NCBI GenBank assembly: GCA_008369845.1
Contig: MRSU01009833.1
Location: 1 to 34,823, forward strand
Direction of reading: 5' to 3'
DNA from: Trichomonas gallinae
Lineage: Eukaryota
DNA: 34,823 nucleotides
Numbering within the stretch: position 1 is the stretch's first letter; each line of letters starts with the position of its first letter. The translations under genes were made by a program, and so were the position numbers. This document shows positions 30,152 through 34,823 of the stretch, piece after piece. Under the pieces are notes generated by a model, which was not told where the DNA came from, searched no databases, and was given only the letters and a program-made list of their open reading frames with translations.

Positions 30152-33100
30152 CTATATATCATCGACGATGTCATCAATTTCATCAACAGAGTCGACATCG
30201 TCAATCTTATTTTCTTCATTTTTAGGCTCAAATTTCTTTCCATTTGCGCTAAAAACTTTCATCAAAGTTTCGACGTCAAAATATTTCTCCAAGTTAAGTC
30301 CATTACTACTCAAATCGCTCATAATCTTATAGGCGGACTTGTAGTTCTTCTTTGTTATGTAGCATTTGGACAAAATAACGTAAACATCATCGGATTTAAC
30401 GCATTCTTCATTTATTGGATCTTTAAGCATATCTACACATATTGACATCGATTTTGGTACTTTTTCTGGGTCTTCGCAGAGTTGTTTTGCTATAATGAAT
30501 GACTCTATGACATTAATTTTGCGCTGTACTGACATTAGTTTTGGATTATTTTCGTCCATTCTGTGCATAACTTCTAATGATTTTTCGAGAATTTCTTTGC
30601 AAACTTCGTAGTTTGAATTTTCTTTTTCGCTTTCGATGTGGATGTTATAAAACTTCAGAAGATTATCTAGCATATTTGCACGCTGGTAGATTGATTCAAC
30701 AGCTTCGAACACTATTGAGCCTGGCTGAGAATCAAGAGTTTGCAAATAGTTTGCCGCGATAATATATGTTTCTTTCTTTTTCATCATCTTCGCGAGCTTT
30801 AATACTTTGTCTGTGTCTCCTGTCTTGATTATCGCTTTCAGTGCATCTGGATACTGCTTGAGCTTGATGTAGATCTTCGATGCAATTGCGTGACGCTGCT
30901 GCTGTTCACACAAGCTGGCGAATTTTGCTAAAACATCAGTTTGAAGATCACTCTCGACCAAATTATTAATAACATTGTCACTCAAAGTTATTCTATGTGT
31001 CGAGCAGAGTTCTATTACATCATCGAAGCGCTTAGCGTATGCTAGACATAGAGCTGCCTTACTCCATCTGTCACTTTCAGCGAAATAGTGGCTGCATTGA
31101 ACTAAAACACGCGGGTTCATGTCTGGAGTGAAAGAATCGCTGATTTCGTCTAAAGCATCATATTGCTTGAGTTCAAAACACAGCTGCAAAGCTTTAGCAA
31201 GCTGTCCAGCCCTGGAATACATAAGGATTGCATTCTTTGGCATGTTGAGTGCTGAAAACCACTCAGCGGCTTTTATGATTAAGCATCTTGGTGATGATAA
31301 AGAAAGTTGAATGACGTCGTCTATCATTCCTTTCTCCATCGCGAATTTCATCGCTTGTCCAAACTGCCTTGCGTTTCTGAATAACTCTATAATTGTTCTT
31401 TTCAGTTTCCCTGCTTCATCGCCTTCTAAATGCGGGAGTCTTTCGATAAGCATCCTCGCGTAATAACAGAAATTTGCAGGCTTCTTTGTCCTGTTGACAT
31501 ATTTTGACGCTTCTTCCCACTTCTTGAGAATGCATAACAATCTTATATACTCAAGCTCGTTCTTCGCTTCAGTGAACATTGCGAGCGCATAGTCATAGTT
31601 CTTCTGAGCCTCAAAGAACCGTGCGCACCAAGTTTTGAGACGATTCGAGGCTGCTGGATTTTGCGAGACGTAGTCGAATACAACTTGCGGGCCAATGAAA
31701 TTTGCCAACCTTGGCAACTCGAAATCCAACGACTGGGATAGCTCGTAATGCTCCACAGCTTTAGTATAGTCAGCGACAATTTCGTAAAACCTGCCGATTT
31801 CATGATGCAATCTCTTCAAAATCATCCTCGAGTGCAAAGTTGATGTCGTGATTGCAGCGCTAAAATCTCCAAGCGATCTCTCAAGTGAAGCGACTAGATC
31901 ATATCTGTTGCAGCTAGCCGCATATTGTCTGGCTTCTGAATACAGTTTTAAAGCAATATTTGTCAGATATGAAGCCTCTTCTTTATCACTTTTGTTTTTG
32001 GAAATATATATAGAAAATGGATCTCCAACTTTCGCTAAACATAATGCGGCCAAATCTGTTCTTTTCGCTTGCGCTGCAACTTGAGCTAATGACCTCCATG
32101 TAGAAGGATTCGTTGTGCCTTTGATCGACTCGAAAGCTTCATCGATTCCACCTGTCGCCAAATTGAAATTGAAATCGAGAATTGACTTTTTTATGTCATC
32201 TGTCACATCATCTAAACCTTCGAACTGCGGCATTTTCTTGATGACTGGAGAGCCGTCTGGGTGCGTGATGTATATATATGGAATGCTGAGATACTGTAAA
32301 ATAGACCGGTTTCCAATTTCGAAGCTCTGCTGTAGAAATATTTCCCCTTCATCATTAACAAAAACAGGTATTATTACTTCTGTTCTCAATTTCGCATCGC
32401 GTTTTGGAATTGCGTGGATGCAAACAAGTCTCTGGTCTTCTTCATCCCAAAGACAAGACTCCGGCATCCTCCCTGACAGATCTACGGCCACTGTTCTGTC
32501 GAGTTGCGTAATATGCAGATATAATTTTTCATCTCGAATCCATTCGCCTGAAATGAGTTTGTCTATAATAAGCGATAGATACTGACCACCACAGCTCGTT
32601 TTCATTTCGCAAATTCTGAAATTTTCATCAGGAAAATTAAATTTCGATGAAAATGTAAGTTTAGGCTGCCTGCGGGATAGGTCATAGGTATTTATTGAGT
32701 TATCATCAAATAAAACAGAAATTGACTTTCCGTAAATTGAAAATAATTTTGGTTTTGAAGGCAGTGAAGTAGTTTGCTTAACAACACCTTGAATATTCCT
32801 TACTTCTATTGATTTATCATTTACTGTATAAATTGATTCTCCTAAAATGCCCGCAAAAGAATTACAAGTGAATCTCGAAACTGATGCAAAAGAATCGGAT
32901 CTTTCCATGAATATTTCGCATCTATCTGGTGAGGAAACAAGAAGAAGAGAATCTGATTTAGAAAAAATCGATCCTGCAGTAATTGGAAATGATTCTGTGT
33001 TATAATTTAACATTCCAGCAGGTTTTTCATATGCAATGTATCTAGAAAGTGGAATCATTTTGAATATGACTTTCTGAATCATTCTTGGCTTTCTATTTTG

Positions 33101-34081
33101 AATATTTAAAATCGCAATTTCGAAATTTGAAGACCAATAGATGCTTTCTATATTTAAATTTAAGTTAAATACTGTTGGTTGTTCCCAGCTTTCGTTGTCT
33201 GTGAAGCCAGAATATTTTGATTTTATCAAATATATTGATCCATCGTTAAATACAGATATTAGTGTTGAATTGTTAATGTCATAGGCAATCGATAATGGTT
33301 CTTGATTCGATTTTAATCTAATGATTTTTGAAGTTTCATTTTCAATATTATAAATTAATATTTGTCCTTTTGTTTGTAAAGCAATGTGCATGTCATTTAT
33401 TTGTGCCAACCCAATAGATCCATCTCCAATTTTTGATGTTGTTGGCTTGTTTTTATTATATGGATATCTAAAAACAACAATTTCGCCTTCTTTTGTAGTA
33501 AATACTAATGAGTTATCATGTAAAACGAATATGTTTTCAAATTCTACTTGTATTTGCAAAATCTCGTCTGGTTCTTCGATTAATGAATCTAATAAATATA
33601 AAGATCGAAATTTCGAAATTATAATAAACGAGGGCTTGTCTTGTTTCAGCCACTGTATGTTTGTAATAGGAATTTCGAATTTTCTTTGAGTGATCAGATG
33701 TAATGAATCTGAATTACAGTCCCAGATGCAAAATAATCCAGACTCGTCAAAAGTGAAGAACTTTTCATCGGTTTGAGACCAGGAAATATCAACAATATTT
33801 GATGTATGCGTTAATTTTGAATGAAAAATCGACGAATTTTGATATATTTTAACATCTCCTGACGAAAATCCAATTGCTAGCCTATCAGAAGTATTACTAA
33901 ATTTGATTTTCGATACTTTTGTTAATAAATTTAAAACTTTATCATCAATTTCGTCGCCTCTTTGATTCACCAAGCGAACAGTAGAGCTAGATGATACTAT
34001 AGCGCATTTATCACCATATTTTGTCCATGAAGCTTGAATAATCGAAGAAGCATTGGCAATCTCTTGATGAACATATTCCAT
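30152..34081 (-). CDS. IFT140: Intraflagellar transport protein 140 (IFT-A; WD40 + TPR)
   Basis: N-terminal WD40 blades. Conserved IFT140 blocks: ILDFNFNLATGGIDEAFESIK...WRSLAQVAAQAKRTDLAALCL and ALKAIIKTGDTDKVLKLA...ETYIIAANYLQTLD. Confidence 0.9.
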   Translation of the reverse strand: MEYVHQEIANASSIIQASWTKYGDKCAIVSSSSTVRLVNQRGDEIDDKVLNLLTKVSKIKFSNTSDRLAIGFSSGDVKIYQNSSIFHSKLTHTSNIVDISWSQTDEKFFTFDESGLFCIWDCNSDSLHLITQRKFEIPITNIQWLKQDKPSFIIISKFRSLYLLDSLIEEPDEILQIQVEFENIFVLHDNSLVFTTKEGEIVVFRYPYNKNKPTTSKIGDGSIGLAQINDMHIALQTKGQILIYNIENETSKIIRLKSNQEPLSIAYDINNSTLISVFNDGSIYLIKSKYSGFTDNESWEQPTVFNLNLNIESIYWSSNFEIAILNIQNRKPRMIQKVIFKMIPLSRYIAYEKPAGMLNYNTESFPITAGSIFSKSDSLLLVSSPDRCEIFMERSDSFASVSRFTCNSFAGILGESIYTVNDKSIEVRNIQGVVKQTTSLPSKPKLFSIYGKSISVLFDDNSINTYDLSRRQPKLTFSSKFNFPDENFRICEMKTSCGGQYLSLIIDKLISGEWIRDEKLYLHITQLDRTVAVDLSGRMPESCLWDEEDQRLVCIHAIPKRDAKLRTEVIIPVFVNDEGEIFLQQSFEIGNRSILQYLSIPYIYITHPDGSPVIKKMPQFEGLDDVTDDIKKSILDFNFNLATGGIDEAFESIKGTTNPSTWRSLAQVAAQAKRTDLAALCLAKVGDPFSIYISKNKSDKEEASYLTNIALKLYSEARQYAASCNRYDLVASLERSLGDFSAAITTSTLHSRMILKRLHHEIGRFYEIVADYTKAVEHYELSQSLDFELPRLANFIGPQVVFDYVSQNPAASNRLKTWCARFFEAQKNYDYALAMFTEAKNELEYIRLLCILKKWEEASKYVNRTKKPANFCYYARMLIERLPHLEGDEAGKLKRTIIELFRNARQFGQAMKFAMEKGMIDDVIQLSLSSPRCLIIKAAEWFSALNMPKNAILMYSRAGQLAKALQLCFELKQYDALDEISDSFTPDMNPRVLVQCSHYFAESDRWSKAALCLAYAKRFDDVIELCSTHRITLSDNVINNLVESDLQTDVLAKFASLCEQQQRHAIASKIYIKLKQYPDALKAIIKTGDTDKVLKLAKMMKKKETYIIAANYLQTLDSQPGSIVFEAVESIYQRANMLDNLLKFYNIHIESEKENSNYEVCKEILEKSLEVMHRMDENNPKLMSVQRKINVIESFIIAKQLCEDPEKVPKSMSICVDMLKDPINEECVKSDDVYVILSKCYITKKNYKSAYKIMSDLSSNGLNLEKYFDVETLMKVFSANGKKFEPKNEENKIDDVDSVDEIDDIVDDI

Positions 34082-34194
34082 TTTTGCTTTTATGACTTAA
34101 AATTGTTTTAATCATGATAATTTCACATTACTTACATTCATATATTGTTTAATAAACTGTTAAACTAAAACATATTTATTATCACAAGCAACAT

Positions 34195-34710
34195 AAACCT
34201 GAGCAACGGTAAATGAATTAGCTGTGGTGTTAAGTTATTAAGTAGTTATAGTTGGGTGCAGCTGCCGAAAATTAGAAAATCAATCACCAAACCTGAGTAT
34301 TTCATAACGAAGTCATCTCGGAGATGATGACTCTACAAATACAGATTAAAAAATTAAAAATTACAATTCTACTTGTTGGAGTGATGCACAATTAAAATCC
34401 AAGCTGAGCGAATGCCACTTATCAGCAGCAAAGTGTCATATAACAACATGGCGCTCTGCAGCAGATAAGTGGCATTATGTTCTGTTGATCTCGCTCGAAA
34501 TCTAAAATAATTGAGGTTTAGATCACGAGCAAGATCAGCAGAGGGCGTCAGCTCTGAGATATACATAGTCTCAGAAGTTCCCTTCACACTCCTTATATCT
34601 AAAATTCAGTAATTAAATTTACAATACAGTATAAAACGCACTCAGGTTGATGTAAGCAGCATCTCTGACGCCAGCACAGTCTCAGAGGCTCTTGCTAGGC
34701 ACACAGGTTC
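34195..34710. ncRNA. Candidate unidentified large structured non-coding RNA (family unknown)
   Basis: Multiple nested complementary blocks in a segment with no credible ORF: 34196-34201/34704-34709, 34290-34298/34640-34648, 34378-34383/34587-34592, 34402-34407/34548-34553, 34411-34423/34464-34476 (13 bp perfect), 34481-34491/34532-34542. Confidence 0.5.
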
Positions 34711-34720
34711 AAAAACATGT

Positions 34721-34823
34721 AAATTCGTCAGATTTACAAAGCAAAAATGTCAGAATTACAAAACAAAATGTCAGAATTACAAAACAAAATGTCAGAATTA
34801 CAAAACAAAATGTCAGAATTACA
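34721..34823. repeat. 21-bp tandem repeat AAAATGTCAGAATTACAAAAC, running off the window end
   Basis: Perfect units at 34744, 34765 and 34786, a partial unit at 34807 and a degenerate unit at 34721. Confidence 0.95.

Noticed and set aside
34324..34330. Box C (ATGATGA) of a C/D snoRNA
   Set aside because: It lies within a local hairpin, and I find no convincing terminal stem with a partner box D.
34369..34587. 72-aa minus-strand ORF
   Set aside because: GTG start and no recognisable protein features; it overlaps the base-paired core of the structured element.
34640..34662. SRP RNA helix-8-like TCAGGT...AAGCAGC
   Set aside because: No GNRA-capped stem between the two words, and TCAGGT is used in a long-range stem.
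34721..34823. CRISPR array or telomeric repeat
   Set aside because: Units are directly abutting with no spacers, the context is eukaryotic with no cas genes, and the unit lacks telomere-like G runs.

Overview
AT-rich, gene-dense eukaryotic DNA with apparently intronless genes, short intergenic regions and recurrent AAAGTGAC upstream motifs. Several stop codons sit inside a TAAA signal. This architecture points to a parabasalid protist, most likely Trichomonas vaginalis or a close relative (inference from the motifs; no database search was run). About 17 protein-coding genes are supported. Chromatin or meiosis related: a SUV39/G9a-type SET methyltransferase, a stand-alone Tudor-knot/chromo-barrel protein, a ubiquitin-like + SP-RING protein, a PHD-PHD-SET3/MLL5-like protein and MND1. 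Flagellar or basal body: a DZIP1/Iguana-like protein, a CFAP119-like protein and IFT140. Others: a SAPS/PP6 regulatory subunit with a 12-copy repeat, a RalGAP/tuberin-like protein, two head-to-head ARM proteins, and C2-like, beta-propeller-like and coiled-coil hypotheticals. The most striking unexplained signal is a ~0.5 kb non-coding segment (about 34195-34710) whose complementary blocks form a nested, multi-branched fold, a candidate unannotated large ncRNA. It abuts a 21-bp tandem repeat. That repeat resembles a ~20-21-bp-phased TTTACRYGWCAA motif found upstream of most genes in the window.
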